Source: Candidatus Hydrogenedentota bacterium (GTDB lineage Bacteria; Hydrogenedentota; Hydrogenedentia; Hydrogenedentales; SLHB01). Taken from it: a stretch of DNA of 64,000 nt. The notes beneath the pieces are model-generated. The model had not been told where the DNA came from, searched no databases, and saw nothing but the letters and a program-made list of their open reading frames with translations. The DNA is taken from the NCBI GenBank assembly GCA_963668025.2, contig CAXXTH010000019.1, positions 181,734 through 245,733 on the forward strand, read 5' to 3'. Positions 49,418-58,970 of this stretch are shown piece by piece. Made by a program: the position numbers and the translations under genes. Positions within the stretch are counted from its first letter, which is position 1. Each line of letters opens with the position of its first letter.

Positions 49418-50959
49418 CTAGACCGGGAGCAATTCTTGGTCCATTGAGCGATACTGCACAGCCTGCGCCACATGCATGTCCGTAATCACATCGGCCTTGT
49501 CCAAATCCGCTATGGTTCGTGCGACACGTAACACCTTATCGTAGGCCCGGGCGCTCAAACCCATTTTGTCCATCGCGTTCTGTAGTAGTTTTTCCGCCGC
49601 CGTTGTCATCGTACAATGTTCGTGTATGGATTTTGAGTCCAGATACGCGTTGCAGGCACAATGGCCTTTGTAGCGGGCGCGCTGACGATCTCGCGTCTCT
49701 TGCACCCTCTCTCTGACCTCGGCGCTTGTTGGACCGCTGGGACGCTTGTCGGAAATCTCGTCATATGTCAGAGCCGGGACATCCACATGAATGTCGATAC
49801 GGTCCAACAGTGGCCCGGAAAGCCGCGCCATATACCGTTGGATCTCGCCCATCGAGCACCGGCACTTCTTTGTAGGATGGGAGCGATAGCCGCAGGGACA
49901 CGGATTGAAGGCGACAACGAGCAAGAAACGGCTTGGAAAGGTGACACTGTACATGGCGCGGCGAATATGCACAAAGCCCTCTTCAAGCGGCTGGCGCAAT
50001 ACTTCCAAGGCGCCTCGGTTGAACTCCGGGAGTTCATCTAGAAAGAGAACGCCGTTGTGCGCCATGCTCACTTCGCCCGGAACCGGGCGTTGGCCGTGGC
50101 CGCCGCCGCTAATCGCAACCGTAGTGGCCGTATGATGAGGGGCGCGAAAAGGCCGGTGGGTGACCAGTTGTTTCCCCTCATTCAGCATACCGGCCACGCT
50201 GTACACCCGCGTGGTTTCCAGCGCCTCGTCAAAAGTCATGTCCGGCAAGATGCCGGGAAGGCGGGAGGCGAGCATCGTTTTGCCCGTACCCGGGGGGCCA
50301 ACCATGAGCAAATTATGTCCACCTGACGCCGCAATCGTTAGCGCGCGTTTGACGTGCGCCTGGCCCTTTACATCACAGAGATCCCGCGCCTGGCGCCGCC
50401 CATCATGAAACAGGCGCTCAATATCGGTCACATAGGGCGCGATATCGGTTGTGCCCGATATGAAACCTACCGCCTCCGCCAACGTATTGACGGGTATGAC
50501 CTGGACGCCTGGAACCACACCTGTTTCTTGAGCGTTTCCCTGTGGAACCAGGATCCCGCGCAATCCCTGTTCCCGTGCCGCGATGGCCATCGGCAACGCA
50601 CCCGCAACAGGACGGATTGCGCCATTAAGCGCCAGTTCGCCAATCACCGAGTACTTTGCGAACCGGTCCCCCCTAATCTGTTCGCTGGCGGCCAGCAGTC
50701 CCAGGGCAATGGGTAGATCCAGCGCACTGCCTTCCTTGCGGATATCCGCCGGGGCGAGATTGACGACCGTGACGCCGCGCGGCACCCGAAAAGCCGAGTT
50801 CTTAATCGCGGAACCAACCCGATCTTGGCTCTCCTTAACGGCAGCATCCGGCAGTCCGACGATGGTGAGCTTGTTGATACCAGGATAGTTGTCCACCTCG
50901 ACGGATAAGGGGATGCCGTCGATTCCAAAGATGGCACCTGATTGGACGCGCGCTAACAC
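49418..50959 (-). CDS. comM: ComM/YifB Mg-chelatase-like AAA+ ATPase
   Basis: IVGLPDAAVKES, NLAPAD.RKEGS..DLPIA, GPPGTGKT, RPFRAPHH, LFLDELPEF, NPCPCG, LSARAY. Confidence 0.95.
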   Translation of the reverse strand: MLARVQSGAIFGIDGIPLSVEVDNYPGINKLTIVGLPDAAVKESQDRVGSAIKNSAFRVPRGVTVVNLAPADIRKEGSALDLPIALGLLAASEQIRGDRFAKYSVIGELALNGAIRPVAGALPMAIAAREQGLRGILVPQGNAQETGVVPGVQVIPVNTLAEAVGFISGTTDIAPYVTDIERLFHDGRRQARDLCDVKGQAHVKRALTIAASGGHNLLMVGPPGTGKTMLASRLPGILPDMTFDEALETTRVYSVAGMLNEGKQLVTHRPFRAPHHTATTVAISGGGHGQRPVPGEVSMAHNGVLFLDELPEFNRGALEVLRQPLEEGFVHIRRAMYSVTFPSRFLLVVAFNPCPCGYRSHPTKKCRCSMGEIQRYMARLSGPLLDRIDIHVDVPALTYDEISDKRPSGPTSAEVRERVQETRDRQRARYKGHCACNAYLDSKSIHEHCTMTTAAEKLLQNAMDKMGLSARAYDKVLRVARTIADLDKADVITDMHVAQAVQYRSMDQELLPV

Positions 50960-51293
50960 GTATGGATCGCTTTCATTTGACTTGACACCGAATCACACCT
51001 CGTGCTGTCTTGGGCTAAGCATTTCAGATAATATAGCATATGGGATGGCCTAGAAAAGAACCTCACTGGGTGGAAAATCAGGTTATTCCGAATTGGTCAA
51101 ACATCAGCATAGTGGCACGTGGTTGACTCAGAAGAAGCCCTCTCGGGTTTCCGGAGAAACACGGCAGGCGGCACGATGTCTATGGTGGCGTGTAGTGCAA
51201 CCACGGAGAAATTGAACTCCGGTGCGGTGAGGCAGACCTAGCAGACAACGAAATGGAACTCCATGGCGTGCAGGCTGGGCAACCGTACTATGG

Positions 51294-51900
51294 TCACCGT
51301 TCAAGCAGGCGCTTACCTCTTGCTGTGAGCCGGTACTGCTGCTTGCGGCTGTTTGGCTTGTCGGGAATGGTCATTTCGATCAGCCCTTCCTTCAGAGCTG
51401 GAAGCAAGAAACGCTCTCGGAAATTGGCTTGCGCCTTGAGACCTAGCGCGCGTTGGATCTCATTCCGGCTCATGGAACCTTGTATGGCACTGAGTAGTTG
51501 TTTCACTTCATCCACGACTTCATCCACGACTTCACCTGTGACTTCACCTGTGACTTCACCTGTGACTTCACCTGTGACTTCACCTGTGACTTCACCTGTG
51601 ACTTCACCTGTGACTTCACCTGTGACTTCACCTGTGACTTCACCTGTGACTTCACCCGCGACAGGGCGCGGTTTCGGTGAGGTCAAGGATTCGTGGTTCC
51701 CTATTGTTCGCTGGACTGAGGGCAAAGCGGCGGGCAAAAAGGTCACGTAAACCGACCCCGCCTCTTCCCTCCAAGAGGGCTTGGGGTTGGCGTTCAAAGT
51801 GCACCAGTCGATGATATTGAGCGTACCGCTTCCCCAACGCTCGATGATCCCAGCGCGATAAAAAACGCTGGCAATGATAGGATTTCAAGGCCTGGATTTG
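51294..51900 (-). pseudogene. C-terminal fragment of an HATPase_c_4 (RecG-C-like)/wHTH protein
   Basis: SRP*NPIIASVFYRAGIIERWGSG (probable TGG>TGA) ... FLLPALKEGLIEMTIPDKPNSRKQQYRLT; N-terminus absent. Confidence 0.75.
51505..51660. repeat. 12-bp tandem repeat ACTTCACCTGTG (10 perfect + 3 variant units) encoding (VTGE)n
   Basis: Counted directly from the sequence. Confidence 0.95.
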
Positions 51901-51940
51901 ACAAAAGCAATTCATCATGTAAGCCCCTCGCTCTGATAGA

Positions 51941-52156
51941 ATGAGAACCCTTGTCACGAACGAAAGATATTTCATGGAAAAGACGCCGAGAACAGAAGCC
52001 GACGCGAACGAGCTCCACGAGCTCCTCGCAGAGAACGAACGTCTCAAGGCAGAGAATCGCCGTCTCAAGGCTCTTCTCGAGTCGTTCGCGTTACGTCCAG
52101 CGGCTCCGCATGGATTGCCTTCGTCTTGGCCACCACCCACACAACGGGGCTTCTAA
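51941..52156 (+). pseudogene. Coiled-coil N-terminal fragment, possibly of a primase-helicase gene
   Basis: ELLAENERLKAENRRLKALLE; may pair with the helicase fragment at 53818. Confidence 0.4.
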
Positions 52157-52305
52157 CTGGATTACTGAAATCGATTTCGGTGGCAGGAGGCACGGCAGGA
52201 AAGACGATGACTGCCACCAAACTTGTGGCGGTCGCTTTGGAAATTGCGGCAGCGATTGGAAGCGGCTGCTATCTATACGGAAACATGAATTCGAGGAGGT
52301 TGCAT

Positions 52306-53802
52306 ATGAGTAATGAGAAAAAGGTATTGGAGAATATTCACAATCTGGTCACATGGCATTACGGGCAGAACTACCTGTTCAACGCTTGCATGCAGTACCT
52401 GATGGAGTGCCTGGGTGAGAGCCAGGAATACGACTACTGGTTTTTTTCCGGCGTGACGGGAGACTCTTTCACGCAACTACACAGACAAGATCCAAATGAA
52501 TGGACAGCTTGCCTGTCGCATGACACCTTTGATTATGATTTCGCAAAGAAAGCGTTTGACGCTTGTGGTTACAATTTCACTTATGTGGATGACACCGAAC
52601 TAAAAGCAAACAAGGCCAAATATGTTCAAAAAGTCATCGAGTATATCGACAAAGGGATACCTGTCCTATCGAAAGGTTGCGAAGGCACGGGAGAGTTTTC
52701 CGTTATTTGCGGCTATGAAAATGGCGGGGAGGCCTTTCTGTATCTAAAAGGCGATGACAAGGCGCCTACTCCGTATAAAAGCGACTTTACCTGTCACCTG
52801 GGGCTCCCTACGGGGCTTGTGTTTGCCGGAGAGAAAAAACAAGCGCCGCCGCTTGCCGATGTGTATCGCAAGGCAGTCATGAGTATTCCCTCATACATCA
52901 CCATGCCGCCGGAAAACGGGCTTACCTTCGGCAAGCAGGCCTTCGATGACTGGGCGGACAGTTTCCTGGACGACAGGTTCAAGGGCAAATCCGACAAGGA
53001 ACTCGATGTCTGGAAAATCCATGGAACGTATCTCTGCATTTCTGGTACAAACGGCTGCTCGCGTGAATTCCTTCGAAAAGCCCAGACTCTATGCCCGGAT
53101 ATGGAAATCATTCCCCATTTATTGCCAATCTACGAAAAAATGCAAAATCATTGGGAAGAATTGCAGCATATGGAGGGTGGATTTGGTATCCCGGTACAGA
53201 CGCTCACGGACAAGGGTAAAATGCTCCCGGTAGCCAACAAGATCCGCGAACTCGGCAAATGCTGCGACGAGATACTTGAGGTGTTCGCATCGTATGGAGT
53301 CAGACCAAAGGCGCAGCGCATCGAGACTCCTCGTCTGATCATCAGGCGCTGGGCAGCGGAAGACTGGCCCGCCTTTCAGTCCCTCGCCATCGATTACAAC
53401 GCCACGGGTGGAAAACATGAGGGGATGTGGTCGGCGTCGGAAGCGGACTGCAGGAAGTCGGTGGAGTTTATGGCCACGGACGGCAAATTCTTCGCCGTCT
53501 GCCTGTGCGACACGGGGGAGATGATCGGCATGCTCGTCCTCAACGGCATGGACAGCAGCGGAGAGATGGACCTCGGATATATCTTCCACACGCGGTTTCA
53601 GGATGCCGGCCACGACCGGGAGGCCCTGGAGGCCATGATCGCTCACATATTTACGGCGAAAAACGCGTCTTCCATTGTGGTCAGATGGCAGCCTAGTTGG
53701 ACCCAGCAGTTTGTGGCGCCAAAGGCGCTCGGCTTCGAGTTTGTCGGTGACAATAAGGGAGAGATGAGGCTGACAAGGAACCAGTGGGAGCAGTCGGTAT
53801 AA
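52306..53802 (+). CDS. Papain/BtrH-like N-terminal domain fused to a RimJ/RimL-type GNAT domain
   Basis: AGGAGG RBS before ATG 52306; YDYWFFSGVTGD, IDKGIPV, VICGYE; C-terminal IETPRLIIRRW, DLGYIFH. Confidence 0.65.
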   Translation: MSNEKKVLENIHNLVTWHYGQNYLFNACMQYLMECLGESQEYDYWFFSGVTGDSFTQLHRQDPNEWTACLSHDTFDYDFAKKAFDACGYNFTYVDDTELKANKAKYVQKVIEYIDKGIPVLSKGCEGTGEFSVICGYENGGEAFLYLKGDDKAPTPYKSDFTCHLGLPTGLVFAGEKKQAPPLADVYRKAVMSIPSYITMPPENGLTFGKQAFDDWADSFLDDRFKGKSDKELDVWKIHGTYLCISGTNGCSREFLRKAQTLCPDMEIIPHLLPIYEKMQNHWEELQHMEGGFGIPVQTLTDKGKMLPVANKIRELGKCCDEILEVFASYGVRPKAQRIETPRLIIRRWAAEDWPAFQSLAIDYNATGGKHEGMWSASEADCRKSVEFMATDGKFFAVCLCDTGEMIGMLVLNGMDSSGEMDLGYIFHTRFQDAGHDREALEAMIAHIFTAKNASSIVVRWQPSWTQQFVAPKALGFEFVGDNKGEMRLTRNQWEQSV

Positions 53803-53817
53803 CTCTTTCCAGAAAGC

Positions 53818-53925
53818 CACCATATTCCGGCGTTTACGGTTGAACAGGCAGGCCGCCAGGCCAAATCAAAGTACGTGATGGGGCTCACAGCCACGCCAAT
53901 CCGCAAAGACGGGCGCCACCCATGA
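53818..53925 (+). pseudogene. SF2 (DExH) helicase fragment
   Basis: HHIPAFTVEQ...KYVMGLTATPIRKDGRHP* (end of motif II through motif III). Confidence 0.7.
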
Positions 53926-53986
53926 AGCGTGAGCTTATGACACTTGCTTCATGGGCGAGACGCTCCATGCTACGAGAGAATGGCGG

Positions 53987-55810
53987 CTATTTTTTCGCGG
54001 CCGTAAACCGGTAATTCCATCGCCGGTTTGGCGCGCTATCGCCGTTTACTCCCAATTCAGATACATCGCTGAATCCTTGGATATTGTCGGCCCAATGAAA
54101 ATCGAAGGCGGGCGCATCCGCGGCCTGGCCGGTTAATGCGCGTGGAACGGCCAATTCAAGGCCGTTGCCATCTTTTCGCCATTGCGCCGCGCCGATGGTT
54201 TCCCATGCGTCTTGACGCCAAGCGCTCACGGAAGTTTCTTCCGCATTTTTCACTTGGAGGTTGACTGCATAATCGTACCCGAGCCAGCCGGTCGAAGCAT
54301 TTTTGTCCGCGTCAATCAGCAGCAGCATCCAATGGGGATCGGTATAGGGAGTGATGGCCGCCTTCGTTTGCGCATAAAAGAACAGTGATTTTTCATCGTA
54401 CGCCGCCTTTAGGATGACGAAATCGTTACGGCCCGTCTCATTCGTATACAGCACATCGCCATATCCCCGGTGATTACGATGAACGGTATCGCCGATGGTG
54501 TCCCGGTATTCCGGCGCAACATCCGCCCAATCCGTGAAGGCCCCATCAATCGTGATGGCGCTGGGGCCTGTAGCTTCCGGACGCGGCCGGACGCCCTTGA
54601 AACGCCGCACCCAGCTCGCGAGTTGGTAGTAATAATTGTCGGTGTGCCCGCCTCGCATCGGTTCGCAATCGCGGCTGTATTCCTGCGTGTATTCGTCCAC
54701 AAACAAGCCGGCGGGATAGTACGAGGTGGCGTCGGTATACTTGCTCCATTCGGTGTACCGGCCCGCCGTCCATTCGTTCCACCCGGTCACGAAAATAAAC
54801 TTTGGGTTCACTTCGAGTGCTCGGGTCCATTGCTCCTCGAAGTTGAATCCATAGTTCACCGCATCTGGACGCGAGTCTTTTGCACCGTTATGCCAGCTTC
54901 TACCCATCGCGCCGCGCACATCGCTCATGGGCGCGGGGCCGGGCGTATTGGGCAGGGCGTTCTGCGCCAGGCCCACGCTCATTTGTTCCGCTTCGTCTTT
55001 CGCATTGCGGAACACATGCTGTGGGAAGACTTCGAGCCAGCTCCATTGCTCCGGCCCATTTGGACCGATCCAGTAATCAGGCATGGGTTTACGAAAGGTG
55101 AAGAAGTCAAGTATGGCAGGATCCTTGATGTGTTTCTTATCAGCGAGAAGGAGTGGTTTGCCCTCCCATCGGAACCAGAGATCGCTCCATAGTCCCGGCT
55201 GATACAAATCCTTCCAGATTTGCTCGACGATGGAAGTGGGATCACCGAATGGGGCGATGAATACAATCGCAGGCGTGCGCGCGCCCTCCGCGCGCATGGC
55301 GGTGTACTCGCGGCAGAGCGCTTCATACTCTTCGCGCCACGTGAAGGGCGGATTGGTGGTGTCGAAGAATATGGCGTCAATTCCTGCGTCGCATAACATC
55401 GAGGCATGCTTGCGGATAACAAAAGAATCCAACAAATTGTAATACCCCAACTCAGGTTCGCCCCAATGATTGGCTGTGCCATTCGCGGGCCAATCGATTT
55501 CCTTGGCGTCTCCGGCGGCGGCGATTATTTTCGTGTTGTCATTGGGTCCCTTAGGTTGGGGCGTATGCCAGGTCCAATAAAAAATGCCCACCTGCTTATC
55601 CGATTTAGGCGGGCCTGTTTGAGAGATATCCGGCTGCACACGCCCCAGCGCATCCGTAGCCACCCACATATCCGCGAATGTATCGCCGTCCGAATACGGT
55701 GCAGCGGCATATTCCGCCGGGGCCGCTATGGAGAGAACAAGGCCTATCATTACCATCATCAACACGTGCAAGCTACGGTAGTTCTGAAGCATCGCAAAAC
55801 TCCTTTTCAA
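53987..55810 (-). CDS. Secreted GH71/99-like protein, paralog of 32333..34318
   Basis: WVATDALGR, VGIFYWTWH, HWGEPELGYY, GWNEW, GDSAPNRRWNYR. Confidence 0.6.
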   Translation of the reverse strand: MKRSFAMLQNYRSLHVLMMVMIGLVLSIAAPAEYAAAPYSDGDTFADMWVATDALGRVQPDISQTGPPKSDKQVGIFYWTWHTPQPKGPNDNTKIIAAAGDAKEIDWPANGTANHWGEPELGYYNLLDSFVIRKHASMLCDAGIDAIFFDTTNPPFTWREEYEALCREYTAMRAEGARTPAIVFIAPFGDPTSIVEQIWKDLYQPGLWSDLWFRWEGKPLLLADKKHIKDPAILDFFTFRKPMPDYWIGPNGPEQWSWLEVFPQHVFRNAKDEAEQMSVGLAQNALPNTPGPAPMSDVRGAMGRSWHNGAKDSRPDAVNYGFNFEEQWTRALEVNPKFIFVTGWNEWTAGRYTEWSKYTDATSYYPAGLFVDEYTQEYSRDCEPMRGGHTDNYYYQLASWVRRFKGVRPRPEATGPSAITIDGAFTDWADVAPEYRDTIGDTVHRNHRGYGDVLYTNETGRNDFVILKAAYDEKSLFFYAQTKAAITPYTDPHWMLLLIDADKNASTGWLGYDYAVNLQVKNAEETSVSAWRQDAWETIGAAQWRKDGNGLELAVPRALTGQAADAPAFDFHWADNIQGFSDVSELGVNGDSAPNRRWNYRFTAAKK

Positions 55811-55925
55811 GTGTTTCTGTACTATTTAACTTTCAAATTCTTGTTGTTTTGCAAGGATATCCAGTGTAAACCATTGTTATCCACGTGCTAGACAGAATTT
55901 TCATCACGAAGAACTTAACATAGCG

Positions 55926-56091
55926 TAGCCGCAACTTAAGATCCGGATTTAACCACTAAATACACTAAAATCTGAAGTTTTGAGAAAGTCCTCAGCAAAA
56001 ATAATGAGATTAAACACAACAAGGAACTGAGTTGCTTTAGTGTGTTTCGTGTATTTCGTGGTTTTGAATCCGGGATCTTTGGTTGCCACCA
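55926..56091. repeat. Palindromic form of the GCCGCAAC..AAGA / ACCACTAAATACAC repeat
   Basis: tagccgcaacttaagatccggatttaaccactaaatacac ... gtgtatttcgtggtt...ccgggatctttggttgccacca. Confidence 0.7.
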
Positions 56092-56126
56092 TGCTGCGTT
56101 AAGCTATAAACGGGCATGCCCTCCCG

Positions 56127-58019
56127 TTATTCCGATTTCAGCGTATGTTTTGAGAAGGATTCTAAATCCGCGACACCGCCGCCGGAAAGGCAGCAATCAA
56201 TAATCTGCCGCCCCAGCGGCTCTAAATCAGGCGCAAGGAAATCGCGGAGCTGGGTTTGGAAGAAATCGAGAAGCAGCCGCGCGCCAGCGTCGTACGCCTC
56301 GACGCCCACTTCCGGCTGGGTCTCGACTCGCAGGAACCAATGGCCGATGACCGTGCCTTCGATATGAATCTGCTTGGGCGTATAACCGAGCAGCGGGCAG
56401 CGGGCCTCCTGGAGTTGCTCGGGCCGGAAACGCGCCGGGCCGCGCCGCGCCAGGTATTCACGGCACAGCCATTGCGGCATGAAGCCCACGCGCCACGCGC
56501 CGAGGTGCTGGTTGGGCACAAGAATGAACATCGTATCCTGCGTGGCCATGATTTGTTCGAGAAGCAGATTGGCCTGGTCCACGCGGCGGCCCGTGGCGAA
56601 AGGCCAATAACTGCCCACCCCTTCGCTCGAAAGAGCGCCGCTCTGCTCGACAATGCTCGGGTTGGCATAGCCGCGCGGGGCCGTGAGGCGCCAGAGCCAC
56701 GCAAGGGCTGGGGGCAAAATGTGGAACAGGCCGAATATGCCATACGAAGGCTTTTCGGCGGTGCAGGGAGGTGTCCGCACGCCGAAGCTGCGGATGTCCA
56801 CGGTAATAGGGCCATTGATGATGCCTGGTACGGCGCGGCGGGGGATGATCACGCGGGGATTCGGGCAGGGCTTGCCCGGTTCGTCCTCGACATGCTCCCA
56901 GATAAGGGCCCGGCTGTAGGGCACGGCGTCGATATTCAGAAAGAGCAGCGGCTCCTGCGCATCCACGGTGATGGCCTCGAGGTGCGGGTCCGTGCCGTAA
57001 TGGCGGATATGATCCACCCGTACGAACCACGCCTTTTCCGCATCGCTCACCTGGAGTTTTTCTTTGCCCGGCTCGCAATGGCACAGCGCCATATCATCGG
57101 TCACGGGCCGGTATTCGCAGCCTCGAGGCAAGGTCATATAGCGGCGCTCGCCTGACACTAAGTTTTCACCAATAATGAGCCGCCCATCCGGTTCACGGTG
57201 AATGTGCTCGAGCATTTCCGATTTACCGCCGCCGCTCGCCCCCTCGTGCATGATGGCCACATGATTGTCATATGGCGTGATGACCAGCACCGTCGAGCAA
57301 TGCGCCGTCACCCAGCCTTCCCGCTCGCCCAGATTGATCAGCATGCCATATACGCCCTTCTTGGCGCTCGGGCCGGGATACAAGTTGTAGCTGTAGACGC
57401 TATGCAACCCTTCCTGGCGCTCATGCACAACGATTTGCTTGCCGTTGAAATGGGTGTGCCGGAACGGGGGGGCCACATAAATCACCGCCGCGGGTTCAAA
57501 CGCATCCGGGATTTGATCCGCGCTCAAGACGCCTTGGAGCATTCCCAGGGCCAAGACAAAGAATCCTGCGTTGGCGGGGCACACGGCCAATGCGGGCATC
57601 CCCTTGTCTTCTTCACCGGCGAAGAACGCCACGATGGCGAGGTCTTGCTGCTTGAGCCAGTCAAATGTGGCGGTGCGCAGTTCCGCGAAATCATGGCCGA
57701 ACCGCTCTTCATACCGTGTTTTGTCCGTCGGCAGCGCATCGCCGATCACCATGCAATCCGGGTCACGCCTGCGCATATACGGGTCCGTGTAATTGGCCGC
57801 CACGCCGTTTCGGAGCGGCGACACCGTGGCCTCGACGATACGGCCCTTGCCGGGCACGTCATAAGCGACTTCATGCACGCCTTCCCGCATATCACGGGTG
57901 GATAAGGCAATCAATTCATCAACAGAGCCCGCGAATGTGACGCTGGGGGCTTGCGCGATGATATCCCGCACATCCGCGGGCAGTTTCATCCATCGCCAAG
58001 GCTGGACATTCGAGTTCAT
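56127..58019 (-). CDS. DUF4914 family protein (PEP-carboxykinase-like fold)
   Basis: YMRRRDPDCM, NLYPGPSAKKGVY, TAHCS, HEGASGGGKSEM, VTDDMA, SEGVGSYWPF. Confidence 0.8.
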   Translation of the reverse strand: MNSNVQPWRWMKLPADVRDIIAQAPSVTFAGSVDELIALSTRDMREGVHEVAYDVPGKGRIVEATVSPLRNGVAANYTDPYMRRRDPDCMVIGDALPTDKTRYEERFGHDFAELRTATFDWLKQQDLAIVAFFAGEEDKGMPALAVCPANAGFFVLALGMLQGVLSADQIPDAFEPAAVIYVAPPFRHTHFNGKQIVVHERQEGLHSVYSYNLYPGPSAKKGVYGMLINLGEREGWVTAHCSTVLVITPYDNHVAIMHEGASGGGKSEMLEHIHREPDGRLIIGENLVSGERRYMTLPRGCEYRPVTDDMALCHCEPGKEKLQVSDAEKAWFVRVDHIRHYGTDPHLEAITVDAQEPLLFLNIDAVPYSRALIWEHVEDEPGKPCPNPRVIIPRRAVPGIINGPITVDIRSFGVRTPPCTAEKPSYGIFGLFHILPPALAWLWRLTAPRGYANPSIVEQSGALSSEGVGSYWPFATGRRVDQANLLLEQIMATQDTMFILVPNQHLGAWRVGFMPQWLCREYLARRGPARFRPEQLQEARCPLLGYTPKQIHIEGTVIGHWFLRVETQPEVGVEAYDAGARLLLDFFQTQLRDFLAPDLEPLGRQIIDCCLSGGGVADLESFSKHTLKSE

Positions 58020-58119
58020 CGTGCATCTCCCTCATGACGCCTCACGGCGCTTAGGCGCACCGCGCAAGGCATGGCTATCCACCTGGAATTTATGCTGAAT
58101 ATATCTGGAACAAAAATTA

Positions 58120-58950
58120 CTATTGCGGATCTTCCCAAGGTTCTGCTGGCGCTTTCATGGCCTTATAAAAGGCTTCTGAGACGGTTTGCGCAGTGGCCCG
58201 CCTCACGACTCGAGGTTCCGCAAGGAGCTGCTCCGCTTCGCATTGGGAAGCATAAAGCGGCCCGCGATCTTCCTTGAGCTGGATAATCTCGATGACAGCC
58301 GGGCGCGGGCCTAGCACAAGAGGCGCTATATGGTCCACTTGTATGCGCGCCTCGCGGGCGGCGTGCTGAATCCGCTCACGAGCGCTGCGCAGACTGAGCG
58401 AACGGGCGCTCTGCCACCCCAGCCCTTTCTTGACTGGGGCTTGATGAATGCCGGGTATCAGGGCGGCCGCTTCGGCGCAGGCCGCTTCACCGCCGCTGAT
58501 GAACACGCATGGCACGTCGAAATCAGCGGCTCCCGCGGCCACAAGGCCGATCTCGCCCACGGACTGGCCGTTGATGCGCACATCCGTCCATGAAGAGGGC
58601 GACCAGGTATGCCGGAGGCAGGCATTGGGCGTGCCTGCTTTGGCATGGGCGCCGACATGGAACAGCACATCAAACGAGCTATCTAGATCGGCCCATGTTT
58701 TCGCGCTATATCCCATGATGTGCTCGATGCGCGGATCGAGCACATCCACCACAAGGTTATGGCCGGAATAATGGGCGTCATTCACTACGACGAGTTCCGC
58801 GCCCGCCTCGAAAGCGCCCCGGGCGGCGGCGTTCACTTCCTCCGTCATCCAGCGGCGCGCCTCTTGATAACGCGGGCCATCTCCGAGCACTTGGTCCCAT
58901 ATGGATACGCCAGCCGTGCCTTCCATATCGCAAACCATATAGACTTTCAT
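58120..58950 (-). CDS. M55 D-aminopeptidase (DppA family)
   Basis: MKVYMVCDMEG, NDAH, GAHAKAG..L.HT, VGEIG, SGGE, APVK. Confidence 0.9.
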   Translation of the reverse strand: MKVYMVCDMEGTAGVSIWDQVLGDGPRYQEARRWMTEEVNAAARGAFEAGAELVVVNDAHYSGHNLVVDVLDPRIEHIMGYSAKTWADLDSSFDVLFHVGAHAKAGTPNACLRHTWSPSSWTDVRINGQSVGEIGLVAAGAADFDVPCVFISGGEAACAEAAALIPGIHQAPVKKGLGWQSARSLSLRSARERIQHAAREARIQVDHIAPLVLGPRPAVIEIIQLKEDRGPLYASQCEAEQLLAEPRVVRRATAQTVSEAFYKAMKAPAEPWEDPQ

Positions 58951-58970
58951 CGCCCGTTCCTTTCCATGAA

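Noticed and set aside
49418-50959. comM interrupted by an integrative element
   Set aside because: comM is a known insertion hotspot, but this copy is full length and intact
51505-51660. CRISPR array
   Set aside because: Contiguous 12-bp tandem units with no spacers; no cas genes
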